Below are positions 9,821 to 19,490 of a stretch of 64,000 bases of DNA, piece by piece; the first letter of the stretch is position 1, and each line of letters opens with the position of its first letter. The DNA lies in the NCBI GenBank assembly GCA_021734835.1, contig JAIPIH010000004.1, positions 96,674-160,673 on the forward strand, written 5' to 3'. Under the pieces are notes generated by a model. It saw nothing but the letters and a program-made list of their open reading frames with translations, did not search any database and was not told the origin of the DNA. Source of the DNA: Candidatus Cloacimonadota bacterium. GTDB lineage: Bacteria; Cloacimonadota; Cloacimonadia; Cloacimonadales; TCS61. The position numbers and the translations under genes are program-made.

Positions 9821-10894
9821 TTATAAATTATCTGCCATTTTGATCCGGCTTTTCAATTCTTTCTCTTCCAAAATTTCCATTTCATCAAGGGCTTTATTAA
9901 GAATTACAACTCGTTCTCGATATGGAATAAAAGCACTTTTGAAACCATTAATAATTACATTTTTTATATCGGTGTAATCTAAGTTCAGTTCTTTTATAGC
10001 CAGCATATATTCATCTGTTAAAGTTGTGTCGGAAATCAATCTGTTATCGGTGTTAATAGTAACTCTTAGTCCATAATCAAGATAAAAACTTAATGGGTGT
10101 TTCTTCAGATTCGAAACAGATTTAGTATGCATATTACTTTTTAAACATATCTCTAAGGGAATGCGGTGATCATTCACATAATTTAAAAGATCTCCATCTT
10201 CGATAAGCCTTGTACCATGCCCGATTCGGTGGGTACTGCAGTAATGCAGTGCCTGATGAATACTTTCCGGTCCATAGGCTTCTCCCGCATGTATAGTTAT
10301 ATTGATATTATTATTTAAGGCAAGGTAAAAAGCATCCATGTGATATTTTGCTGGATGATTATATTCCGAGCCGGCAAGATCAAAACCAATGACACCTCTA
10401 TTTTTATAAGCAACAGCTAATTCTGCCAAAGTCAAGGAATTGTCCGGGCTCATATTTCTAATACCGCAGATAATTACACCTGTCTTGATATTATATTTTT
10501 TTTCCGCCTCAGCCAGACCTTTTAATACTGCATCAGAAATAACGGTTAATTTAAGACCTTTCTTGGTGTGTAAGGTTGGAGAATATCGTACTTCTAAATA
10601 TCTTATATTCTCTTTTGCTGCATCTTCTGCAAGTTCATATGCAGTTCTTACAAGTGCCTCTTCTGTCTGCATCACACTTAAGGTTATATCAAAAGCTTTT
10701 AAATATTCATCCAAACTTTTACACTCTTTATCACAGCAAATTATTTTCTTTAACTCTGCTTCATTATCAGCCGGCAGCTTTACTTTCTGTTTATCCGCCA
10801 GCTCTAAAAGAGTAGAAATTCTAATAGAGCCATCTAAATGAACATGGAGGTCTGCTTTAGGAAGTTTTTCTATAAATTCTTTTCTCAATTTCAT
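9821..10894 (-). CDS. add: Adenosine deaminase
   Basis: LPKADLHVHLDGS, HAGE, RIGHG and INTDN motifs. Confidence 0.9.
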   Translation of the reverse strand: MKLRKEFIEKLPKADLHVHLDGSIRISTLLELADKQKVKLPADNEAELKKIICCDKECKSLDEYLKAFDITLSVMQTEEALVRTAYELAEDAAKENIRYLEVRYSPTLHTKKGLKLTVISDAVLKGLAEAEKKYNIKTGVIICGIRNMSPDNSLTLAELAVAYKNRGVIGFDLAGSEYNHPAKYHMDAFYLALNNNINITIHAGEAYGPESIHQALHYCSTHRIGHGTRLIEDGDLLNYVNDHRIPLEICLKSNMHTKSVSNLKKHPLSFYLDYGLRVTINTDNRLISDTTLTDEYMLAIKELNLDYTDIKNVIINGFKSAFIPYRERVVILNKALDEMEILEEKELKSRIKMADNL

Positions 10895-10936
10895 AAGTTC
10901 TCCAAATATGTTAGTCTAATATTTAACGCAAAAGAA

Positions 10937-11497
10937 TTAGAAATCCCATTTATCAAAGCTGATAATATCTGTGATGTCATCTCTCTTTTTACATTGCGAA
11001 ATTAACTTTATTGTCTGTTCATAGATCGATTTTTTCTCTTTAGGATACCCAAATGGACTAAGTGCTACAACTCTGATGTTAGCTGGAATCCCCAGGATGT
11101 CTCTTACTTTCTTCTCGTTAAAAGCAGCTAACCAGCAGCTTCCTATCCCATGGTTCCAAGCTGTAAGCATCATTTGTTGAAAAGCTATTGTTGTATCTAC
11201 TAAGTAATAATCTTGATTATTCATTGTTCCACTTTTTTGTGGATCACTACAGGCGATTACTACTACAGGTGCATCTTTTATAAAAAAATTGACTTTACTG
11301 ACCAATCCACTTTTCAGAGCCAATTCTTTAATGGTATTTTTATTTCTTACTACTATAAAGCGCCAGCATTGCTTATTCTGAAATGATGGAGAGACTCTTG
11401 CAGCTTCCATCATTTCAGATAAAATAATGTCAGGAATTTCTTTATCCTGAAAACTTCTAACACTGCGGCGGCTAAAAATTACTTCATCAAATTCCAC
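10937..11497 (-). CDS. Nitroreductase family protein
   Basis: RRSVRSF, SPSFQNKQCWRF and GIGSCW. Confidence 0.88.
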   Translation of the reverse strand: MEFDEVIFSRRSVRSFQDKEIPDIILSEMMEAARVSPSFQNKQCWRFIVVRNKNTIKELALKSGLVSKVNFFIKDAPVVVIACSDPQKSGTMNNQDYYLVDTTIAFQQMMLTAWNHGIGSCWLAAFNEKKVRDILGIPANIRVVALSPFGYPKEKKSIYEQTIKLISQCKKRDDITDIISFDKWDF

Positions 11498-12468
11498 TAA
11501 AATGAAATTCCTATCCCTGCATTAAAAACAGGGTATTTACTAATTGTGTAATCTGCAAAGATTTTCAACAATAATAAGCTATATCTGATGCCGAAAGTTG
11601 CTCTTACATCATTTTCACCATCAACTTCAAACTTAATTTGCTCTTCGCTTTCTTCGATCTCATTAGCTTGATTTAAAGTTTTTAATGTATAAGCATAATC
11701 TGCTTTTACCTTTGTTTGATCATAGCCGACACCTGTATACAAAGTCCACATCAACAATTTCTTACTAACTTCTACATTAGCGTTTAAATTTGTGAATGTC
11801 AGGATATCTCCAACATAGAGATTTTGATAAGCTGCTTGTAATGCAATATCAATTGGGATAAGCGGAATATATTGACTTACACTGTGTTTCAAACCAACAC
11901 CCCAAAAACCAAAATCCCCAATATCTTTATTGATCTCCATTTTAGGGAAACCTCGCACCATGATCTCATTTCCAAACGGTAAGCCCAGGTTGAATTGCGG
12001 CATTAAAAATGGCACAGCAGGGAGATTAGCACCATCCGGCAAAGGAATGTCAAGTTCGGCCGCATCTAATCCGGGGATATCATCCAGAAGCGGATTGTGT
12101 TCAAATGTAACACCATCTTTCCCAAATACGGTAGCTGTTTCCAATTCTTCATCAGGATAAAGATAAATATTAGTACCCGGGTTTAAGGGATCTTCAATAA
12201 AAAGATTCGGCCTAAAAGCCATGAATGTTTTGTCTTCATCTGGTACAAAAGCCAGCATTGTGCTAATATTAAAACCAAACATAAAAGGTTTTAAAACTGA
12301 AGCTGTATGGTACAATGATGTATTCATGGTTGTTCCAAATGCAGTAACCAGCGGCTTCACATATACAATACCGTTCTCCTTACCAAACTTTTGTAACTTG
12401 TCTTGAACACCAGCAAACACAACTGAAAATAGAATCAGTAAAAATAGAACTATAAATAATTTTTTCAT
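11497..12468 (-). CDS. Secreted, probably outer-membrane, protein (DUF6588-like)
   Basis: Signal peptide; GLPFGNEIMVR and WGVGLKHSVSQY; amphipathic strands ending in GIGISF. Confidence 0.6.
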   Translation of the reverse strand: MKKLFIVLFLLILFSVVFAGVQDKLQKFGKENGIVYVKPLVTAFGTTMNTSLYHTASVLKPFMFGFNISTMLAFVPDEDKTFMAFRPNLFIEDPLNPGTNIYLYPDEELETATVFGKDGVTFEHNPLLDDIPGLDAAELDIPLPDGANLPAVPFLMPQFNLGLPFGNEIMVRGFPKMEINKDIGDFGFWGVGLKHSVSQYIPLIPIDIALQAAYQNLYVGDILTFTNLNANVEVSKKLLMWTLYTGVGYDQTKVKADYAYTLKTLNQANEIEESEEQIKFEVDGENDVRATFGIRYSLLLLKIFADYTISKYPVFNAGIGISF

Positions 12469-12696
12469 GTTACCTCCTAATAATTTCGATTTAATTTATC
12501 CTTTCGTTCATAACTTATATTTGTCAAACTTTTTTAATAGTTGACCTGAAAATTCCAGGCAAACAGTGAGGCATTCCGACAATCCTGATGTAAAATTAAT
12601 AATCTCGCTTTCATTGTTGCAAAATGATAGATATCATTCATTTGTAATCAACAAATTTCTTTACAAAATTTGCTCATAGAAATTGGTTGATAATCT

Positions 12697-13887
12697 ATGA
12701 TAATGGAGACTAAGATGCTGAATAATAGAAATATTTTATTGGGAATTACTGGCGGGATTGCAGCTTATAAAGCAGTTGACCTTGCAGGTAAACTTACTAA
12801 AATGGGTGCTAAAATTAAAACAATAATGACACAAAATGCTTGCGAATTTGTAAGTCCGCTTACACTCAGATCGATCACTCATCAGCCAGTTATAACAAAA
12901 ATGTTTGATCTGAATAGTGAAATAGAACATATATCACTGGCTGATTGGGCAGATATAATCGTGATTGCTCCCGCAACAGCCAATATTATTGGGAAAGTAG
13001 CATCCGGAATAGCTGATGATATTTTATCTACTACTATTATGGCATCCACAGCTCCGGTATTTTTTGTTCCAGCTATGAATGGGCATATGTATGTGAATCC
13101 TATTGTGAAGGCAAATATCAACAAGCTTACTGAACTTGGATATTTCTTTATGGAGCCGGAAGCCGGAATGCTTGCCTGCGGTTATGAAGGTAAGGGACGA
13201 TATCCAAAAAATAGGGAAATTCTTTATTTTTTACTTACTTTTTTAGAATACAAAAGAGATCTAACTGGGAAAACAATCTTAATTACAGCCGGTGCAAGTC
13301 AGGAGAAAATTGATCCCATACGTTTTATTTCCAACAGATCTTCAGGAAAAATGGGATTAGCTTTAGCCAGAGCTGCTCATATAAGAGGCGCAAAAGTTAA
13401 ATTTATCCACTCAAACATTAATGATGAAGTACCTGAATATTTAGATTCTTATCAAACTAATGATGCAAAAGAAATGTATGATACAGTTATGAAGGAATCA
13501 AGTAAAGCTGAAACAATCATTATGGTTGCTGCAGTTGCTGATTATGCTCCAGCTCAATATTCTAAGCAAAAAATTAAAAAATCTGACGATCTGATCCTGA
13601 ACTTTAAGAAAACGAAGGATATTCTGTACGATCTTGGCAAGAAGAAAAAAACCGGTCAAATGTTGATCGGATTTGCTGCAGAGTCAGAAAAGATAAAACA
13701 AAATGCACTCATGAAATTGAAAAAGAAAAATCTGGATTTCATTTGTGCCAATGATCTGAAAGTTACCGGTAAGGATGATACAAAAATTCTGCTTTTAAGT
13801 TCCAAGCAGGAAATTGAACTGTCGGGCAGCAAATTTTCCGTTGCTCATCAGATTTTAGATTCAACAATTAATATAAATAAAAAATGA
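12697..13887 (+). CDS. coaBC: Bifunctional phosphopantothenoylcysteine decarboxylase/synthetase (true start possibly ATG 12715)
   Basis: GITGGIAAYK, APATAN, PAMN, LACG..GKGR, IDPIRFISNRSSGKMG and GFAAE. A GGAG RBS precedes ATG 12715. Confidence 0.95.
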   Translation: MIMETKMLNNRNILLGITGGIAAYKAVDLAGKLTKMGAKIKTIMTQNACEFVSPLTLRSITHQPVITKMFDLNSEIEHISLADWADIIVIAPATANIIGKVASGIADDILSTTIMASTAPVFFVPAMNGHMYVNPIVKANINKLTELGYFFMEPEAGMLACGYEGKGRYPKNREILYFLLTFLEYKRDLTGKTILITAGASQEKIDPIRFISNRSSGKMGLALARAAHIRGAKVKFIHSNINDEVPEYLDSYQTNDAKEMYDTVMKESSKAETIIMVAAVADYAPAQYSKQKIKKSDDLILNFKKTKDILYDLGKKKKTGQMLIGFAAESEKIKQNALMKLKKKNLDFICANDLKVTGKDDTKILLLSSKQEIELSGSKFSVAHQILDSTININKK

Positions 13888-14636
13888 AAGAAAAAACATT
13901 TATTATTTCAGGTGCCAACGGAAATGTAGGTTCCTATTTCGCTAAAAATCTTCTTGATAAAGGTGCGAACTTAATTCTTATAGTTCATAATAATGATGAC
14001 AGAATCAAGCTCCTGGCCTCAGAAAATAAGAAAAAAGTAAAAATAATAAAACAGGATATTACAGCTTTTCTCCAACTTAATAATAAGCTTAATGAAGTAA
14101 TCTCAACCACAGGTTGGAGCCCTACACACCTGGTACATACTGCAACCGCCCGAAGTCATGATATCAAATCTCTCGCCGATACCGATCCGGAATTGTGGGG
14201 AAAGATCATACAGGCAAATTTAATTGGCACTTTCAATATTCTAAAGGTTGCTCTTGCTTATTTTAAACTCAATTCTTACGGAAAAATTGTTCTATTTGGT
14301 TCAAATGTTTCACGGATAGGACTTCCAAACGGATCTGCCTATGCTGCTTCAAAAGCTGCAATAGCTAATATTGGCAGGACACTTGCTGCCGAGGAAGCGG
14401 TTAATAATATTATTGTGAATACTGTTTCTCCCGGCCCTATAAAAATTGATGATAGTCAGTTCTCCGAAAGTTACCGTAAATTCAGGGAAGAATATTACAA
14501 AGAAAAGATACGCGATATCCCCTTGAAACGATGTGCCTCTTTTCAAGATATTTTCGGACTTTGTGAATTTTTGTTATCCGATGAAAATTCCTATATTACA
14601 GGAGAAGAATTCTTTATAACCGGTGGAAAGATTTGA
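13884..14636 (+). CDS. Short-chain dehydrogenase/reductase
   Basis: SGANGNVG Rossmann motif, YAASK catalytic motif, NTVSPG, SYITGE. Confidence 0.88.
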   Translation: MKEKTFIISGANGNVGSYFAKNLLDKGANLILIVHNNDDRIKLLASENKKKVKIIKQDITAFLQLNNKLNEVISTTGWSPTHLVHTATARSHDIKSLADTDPELWGKIIQANLIGTFNILKVALAYFKLNSYGKIVLFGSNVSRIGLPNGSAYAASKAAIANIGRTLAAEEAVNNIIVNTVSPGPIKIDDSQFSESYRKFREEYYKEKIRDIPLKRCASFQDIFGLCEFLLSDENSYITGEEFFITGGKI

Positions 14637-15697
14637 AGATTTTTACTTTTATTATTTTGATGTTGATCATAAATATAACACTATTTGCCAATTTCGAAGC
14701 AGCAGCATATCCATCTGCCGGCTACTCAAATGAAACAGGACTTTATGGCGGTGTGATTACTTATTTACGTTTTACGCCTCAGGATTCAATATCATCAAAT
14801 CATAAAAATATGTTCTATCTAACTACATCATACACCGAAAAAAAACAGTTTATTTTAAAACTCAAACCGGAGTTATATTTTAATCAAAGTTTGAACCGCT
14901 TGGAAATAGAACTTCTTTACAAAAAATGGCCGTCAAATTTCTATGGTATTGGCATGAATACTGATCTTCATAACTTTGAACGTTACAGCTCTATTGCAAA
15001 AAGTTTGATCACGACATTCAGCAGAAAGATAAATGATTTTTGGGAAATTTCCTTATACAGCGAGTATGTAAACTACGCTATTACAGAGAATGATGTTGAT
15101 GGAATGCTATCTTCTGCAACTACCCTCGGAGGGAATGGTTCCATTACGACCGGAATGGGATTGATATTCTCTTATGATGATAGAAATGTAACCGCATTTC
15201 CCACGCAAGGTAGTTTGCTAATATTTCAAGTAAACAGCTTTTCAGAAGTGCTAAAAAGTGATTTTGAATTTTCTGAATATATTCTTGATCTCCGAAAGTA
15301 TTTTCCGCTCAATAATGCTAATACACTTGCTTTACAATCCTATTTATCCACTATTCGAGGTGAAGCACCTTTTAATCAAATGAATTATTTGAATGACTAT
15401 ATGAGAGCCGTCACTTCCAATCTTTATATAAATAAAAGTGCTTTCATTTTGCGAGCTGAGGACAGAGTATTTATTTGGAATGATGGATTCAAAAAAAGAC
15501 TCGGTTTTGCTCTCTTTATTGAAATGGGTGAAGTTGCCTCCAGGATAGATAACCTCAATCTTAATAACTTACAACTCAATTATGGTTTTGGATTTCGTTA
15601 CTCTTTCTTCTTGGAGGATAGAATGAATGTAAGACTTGACATAGGATTCGCAGAAGGACAATCTAATATTTCAATCAGTGCAGGGGAAGTATTTTAA
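14633..15697 (+). CDS. Omp85/BamA-TamA family outer-membrane barrel protein (no POTRA domains seen)
   Basis: Signal peptide; YSNETG, FYGIG, YDDRN...P..G and YGFGFRY...NVRLDIG; terminal GEVF. Confidence 0.75.
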   Translation: MKIFTFIILMLIINITLFANFEAAAYPSAGYSNETGLYGGVITYLRFTPQDSISSNHKNMFYLTTSYTEKKQFILKLKPELYFNQSLNRLEIELLYKKWPSNFYGIGMNTDLHNFERYSSIAKSLITTFSRKINDFWEISLYSEYVNYAITENDVDGMLSSATTLGGNGSITTGMGLIFSYDDRNVTAFPTQGSLLIFQVNSFSEVLKSDFEFSEYILDLRKYFPLNNANTLALQSYLSTIRGEAPFNQMNYLNDYMRAVTSNLYINKSAFILRAEDRVFIWNDGFKKRLGFALFIEMGEVASRIDNLNLNNLQLNYGFGFRYSFFLEDRMNVRLDIGFAEGQSNISISAGEVF

Positions 15698-16446
15698 TGA
15701 AGAAATTATTGATTTATATGATAGTATTTTTCTCACTAAACTTGTTTGCATTCCAGGAAGGAGAGAAGTTAACTTTTGATATCAGCTACGGGATAATCAA
15801 TGCCGGAGAAGCTTCTTTAAAAATTAGTTCTGGCTTTTATCAAGAGGTTACTCCATGTTATATTATCGAGTCCCGCGCCAATACAAACTCATTTTTTGAT
15901 AATATTTATAAAGTCAGAGATCGTATCGAATCTATCTGGGATAAAAATAAATTTGTTACTCTTCGGTTCACAAAAAAATTACAAGAGGGCTCCTATAGGC
16001 AATACAGAATACATTTCTATTATCCTGAACAAAACTTCACAATTTATACCAAATTCGGCCGCAAAACTAAAGAATTCAAAGACGAAAAAATGGATATTCC
16101 AGAAGATACTCAGGATATCCTGAGTGCACTATATTATTTAAGAAGAAAAGAAATTAGCGTGGGCGATACAGTAACAATAAACGTAACTGCCGATGGTCGA
16201 AATTACCCGGCTGATGTTATTATTCATAAACAGGAAGAACTTGATACAATTTTTGGGACAAAGATGTGTTTTTTAGTTGAACCTATTTTAGAGGGTGAAG
16301 CAATTTTCAAGCAAACAGCAGCAATTTTTATCTGGCTAACTGCTGATGAATATAAAATTCCTGTAAAAATGAGCAGTAAAATAATTTTTGGCAGCTTTAA
16401 AGCTGTATTGAAAGATGCGGAAAATGTCGCTTACAAAAAAAAGTGA
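15697..16446 (+). CDS. DUF3108 family secreted protein
   Basis: FQEGEKLTFDISYG, YKVRD, QDILSALYYLR and W...D..KIPV. Confidence 0.78.
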   Translation: MKKLLIYMIVFFSLNLFAFQEGEKLTFDISYGIINAGEASLKISSGFYQEVTPCYIIESRANTNSFFDNIYKVRDRIESIWDKNKFVTLRFTKKLQEGSYRQYRIHFYYPEQNFTIYTKFGRKTKEFKDEKMDIPEDTQDILSALYYLRRKEISVGDTVTINVTADGRNYPADVIIHKQEELDTIFGTKMCFLVEPILEGEAIFKQTAAIFIWLTADEYKIPVKMSSKIIFGSFKAVLKDAENVAYKKK

Positions 16447-17455
16447 TTACTGGTATGAGCTTCCACTGGAATTAATTGCTCAATTTCCACTCGAGAACCG
16501 TTCCGAAAGCCGCCTTCTAAAATTAAACAAAACCTCCAGTTTTGTCTCTCATCATAAGTTTTCTGATATCTTAGACTTTATCTCAGCGCAGGATGTGGTC
16601 GTGGTTAACAACACAAGAGTAATCCCCGCTCGTTTATTCGGACATAAATTCACTGGTGCCAAGATTGAAGTATTATTACTCGAGCAAAAGAGAGAAAAAC
16701 TTTGGAAATGCCTGGTAAAACCAGGACGAAAACTGCAGGTTGGAACAGAAATTAAATTTAATGATGACTTAACAGCAAAAATCATAGATAAGACTGAAGA
16801 TGGCGGACGGATAATTGAATTCTATTGTGAAGGAATTTTCTGGGAAATGCTGCAGAAACTTGGGAAAATACCACTTCCTCCCTACATCAAAAGAGAATCA
16901 ACTGAAAAAGATAAAGAAATTTATCAAACTATCTATGCTCAAGAACGAGGTTCAGTGGCAGCACCTACAGCCGGACTACATTTCACTAAACAACTTATGG
17001 ATCAATTGCAGGAAAAAGGAATTGAAATATTGGAAGTTGTTTTACACGTAGGTTTAGGCACTTTCCGCCCGGTTAAAACTGATAATATTAAAGACCATAT
17101 TATGCACAGCGAGCATTGTCAAATTTCAGAGAAAACAGCTGCCAGAATTAATCTGGCAAAAAAAGAAAAGAGAAGGGTTATCGCGGTTGGAACAACAACA
17201 ACGAGAACTCTGGAAAGTTTTGCTCAAAACGGAATCCTGCACAGCGGATCACATTGGACGGATATATTTATTTATCCCGGTAAAGAATTTCAGATCATTG
17301 ATGGACTGATAACTAATTTTCATATGCCGGAATCAACACTAATGATGCTTGTAGCCGCTTTTGCCGGATATGATAATATCATGAAAGCCTACAAAGTTGC
17401 CGTAAAAGAAAAATATCGTTTTTTCAGTTATGGCGATTCAATGTTAATTTTGTGA
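16415..17455 (+). CDS. queA: S-adenosylmethionine:tRNA ribosyltransferase-isomerase
   Basis: ELIAQFP, NNTRVIPARL, PLPPYI, GSVAAPTAGLHF, AVGTT, TNFH and YRFFSYGD. Confidence 0.97.
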   Translation: MRKMSLTKKSDYWYELPLELIAQFPLENRSESRLLKLNKTSSFVSHHKFSDILDFISAQDVVVVNNTRVIPARLFGHKFTGAKIEVLLLEQKREKLWKCLVKPGRKLQVGTEIKFNDDLTAKIIDKTEDGGRIIEFYCEGIFWEMLQKLGKIPLPPYIKRESTEKDKEIYQTIYAQERGSVAAPTAGLHFTKQLMDQLQEKGIEILEVVLHVGLGTFRPVKTDNIKDHIMHSEHCQISEKTAARINLAKKEKRRVIAVGTTTTRTLESFAQNGILHSGSHWTDIFIYPGKEFQIIDGLITNFHMPESTLMMLVAAFAGYDNIMKAYKVAVKEKYRFFSYGDSMLIL

Positions 17456-17537
17456 AAATGATTAGCGAACTTCTCCTTTTTACTGAGAATATAGAACAAA
17501 AGAAGTTTCACAAAGGATATAATGTCAGGAGATATTT

Positions 17538-18287
17538 TTGAAAGATTTCAAGCACCAATTTTTCGACGAAGTATTATTTTATGACAAAATTGCGAGCACA
17601 AGTGTAAGAATAGAAAAGTTGATAACCTCAAATATGGTTAAGGGCAATGTGTTGTGTATTGCGGGAGAACAGACATCTGGAAAAGGGAGAAGTAGTAATA
17701 ATTGGTTTTCCCCACTCGGTGGTTTGTGGTTTACAGCCGCTCTTTATGGGTTTGATTTTCAATCTAACATTACAATTTTTACTGGAATCTGCATTCACAA
17801 AGTGATCACAACATTGTTTCCGGAAACTACCGAACATCTTAAGATCAAATGGCCTAATGACATTTTTCTAGAGGGGAAAAAATTGGGCGGTATTCTTTCT
17901 CATAACCTAAGTACAAGAAATTATCATCTTCTGGGAATTGGGTTGAATACAAATGTCTCTTCTTTTGATTATGATCTCGTTAATAATTCTACTTCAATAA
18001 CTTCAGTACTTAAACATAGGGTGGATAATCAGAGGATTCTTACAAACATATTTGATCTTTTCACCTCTGAACTTCCAGATTTTGTTGAAGGAAAATTTGA
18101 CTTAGAATATTTTAATAAAAACACATTCTTAAAGGAGAAAATTATTGAACTAGACACAAAATATAAAATCTTCAAAGGAATCGTAAAAGGGATCAATAGA
18201 GATGGAGCTCTATTACTTGAGATCAAACCTGGTATGATCCAACCTTTTTATGCCGGGAATGTTATCAGCTGGGAAAACGGGAAATAG
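17538..18287 (+). CDS. birA: Biotin--[acetyl-CoA-carboxylase] ligase without an HTH domain
   Basis: QTSGKGR..N.WFSP, KWPND, KKLGGIL and GIGLN; TTG start after AGGAG. Confidence 0.92.
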   Translation: MKDFKHQFFDEVLFYDKIASTSVRIEKLITSNMVKGNVLCIAGEQTSGKGRSSNNWFSPLGGLWFTAALYGFDFQSNITIFTGICIHKVITTLFPETTEHLKIKWPNDIFLEGKKLGGILSHNLSTRNYHLLGIGLNTNVSSFDYDLVNNSTSITSVLKHRVDNQRILTNIFDLFTSELPDFVEGKFDLEYFNKNTFLKEKIIELDTKYKIFKGIVKGINRDGALLLEIKPGMIQPFYAGNVISWENGK

Positions 18288-18485
18288 CTTTTATTACGGT
18301 TTTTTCATTCTTATTGCATTTGCTTAACTGTTTATTTCTTGACTTTTTAATATTAACTCTTAGTTAGGTAAGGTAGTTGATTATCCAAGATAAATGAGAA
18401 AGATTAAACCGCAAATTCATCGGTCAGGTGGATGTGAGCACAGCAGAGGGCAAGTTATTTTTTATTGTTATAATAGGAAAGTGAG

Positions 18486-19442
18486 ATGATATTACAAACA
18501 TTACTTTTAGTATTTGGATTTCTACTACTAATCATAGGTGCCCAGTATTTTGTTGAAGGATCCTCATCTCTCGCCAGAAAATACAACGTCTCCAACCTTG
18601 TTATCGGTTTAACTCTGGTTGCTTTTGGAACCTCTGCTCCGGAATTGGTGGTTAATACATTCGCTTCGTTTCAGAAACATCAGGATATTGTATTTGGCAA
18701 TATTATCGGTAGTAATAATTTTAACATTTTTATCATTCTGGGAATTACAGGTCTCATCACTCCTCTGGTAGTACAATCCCAAACTGTCTGGAAAGAAATC
18801 CCGATCTCTATCTTTGCTGTTCTGACGCTTTATTTTCTTTCCAATGAACTTTTTTTCTCTAATCTGCGGATTTTAACCCGTTTAGACGGGATAATACTAT
18901 TGATCATATTTGTATTTTTCCTGGTTTATATTTTCAGGCAGATGAAAGCAGATCAAAAAGAACCGAAACTGGCAGCTGTTGTTTTATCAAAAATACAGAT
19001 CTGGACTTTTATTTTAGCCGGTATTACCGGCTTGATCTTGGGAGGAAAATTAGTAGTTGATAATGCAGTTAAACTTGCTATAAATTTTGGTTTTAGTGAA
19101 AAGATAATCGGAATTACAATAATTGCTGCCGGTACTTCACTACCGGAATTAGCCACTTCCGTAACAGCAGCAATTAAGAAGAATATGGATATTGCTGTAG
19201 GAAACATCATCGGTTCGAATATCTTTAATATCTTCTTCGTTCTGGGGATCAGTTCTTTGATTCGACCAATGAGCTATAGAAAAGAGTTCAATTCGGATCT
19301 TTATGTTCTAGCTTGCGGAACTGTTCTGCTTTTTATAGCTATGTTTACCGGGGAAAAGAAGAAATTGGATAGATGGGAAGCCGGAATCTTATTATTACTT
19401 TATATTGGATATTCCATTTACATTGTTTATCAAGAATTATAG
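18486..19442 (+). CDS. Calcium/sodium antiporter (YrbG/CaCA family)
   Basis: Two alpha repeats, GTSAPE and GTSLPE, each followed by GNIIGSN. Confidence 0.92.
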   Translation: MILQTLLLVFGFLLLIIGAQYFVEGSSSLARKYNVSNLVIGLTLVAFGTSAPELVVNTFASFQKHQDIVFGNIIGSNNFNIFIILGITGLITPLVVQSQTVWKEIPISIFAVLTLYFLSNELFFSNLRILTRLDGIILLIIFVFFLVYIFRQMKADQKEPKLAAVVLSKIQIWTFILAGITGLILGGKLVVDNAVKLAINFGFSEKIIGITIIAAGTSLPELATSVTAAIKKNMDIAVGNIIGSNIFNIFFVLGISSLIRPMSYRKEFNSDLYVLACGTVLLFIAMFTGEKKKLDRWEAGILLLLYIGYSIYIVYQEL

Positions 19443-19490
19443 CTTGGTGGGAGTGTTGATGATCGATAAATTTTACAAAAGGAGTTCAAA

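Noticed and set aside
18409-18455. GCAAA-TTCATC-GGTCA-GGTGGA...GCACAGC upstream of the Na/Ca antiporter, resembling the first stem of a c-di-GMP-I riboswitch or a cation riboswitch
   Set aside because: No GNRA tetraloop, no second stem or tetraloop receptor, and no expression platform; only one short hairpin with G-U pairs.
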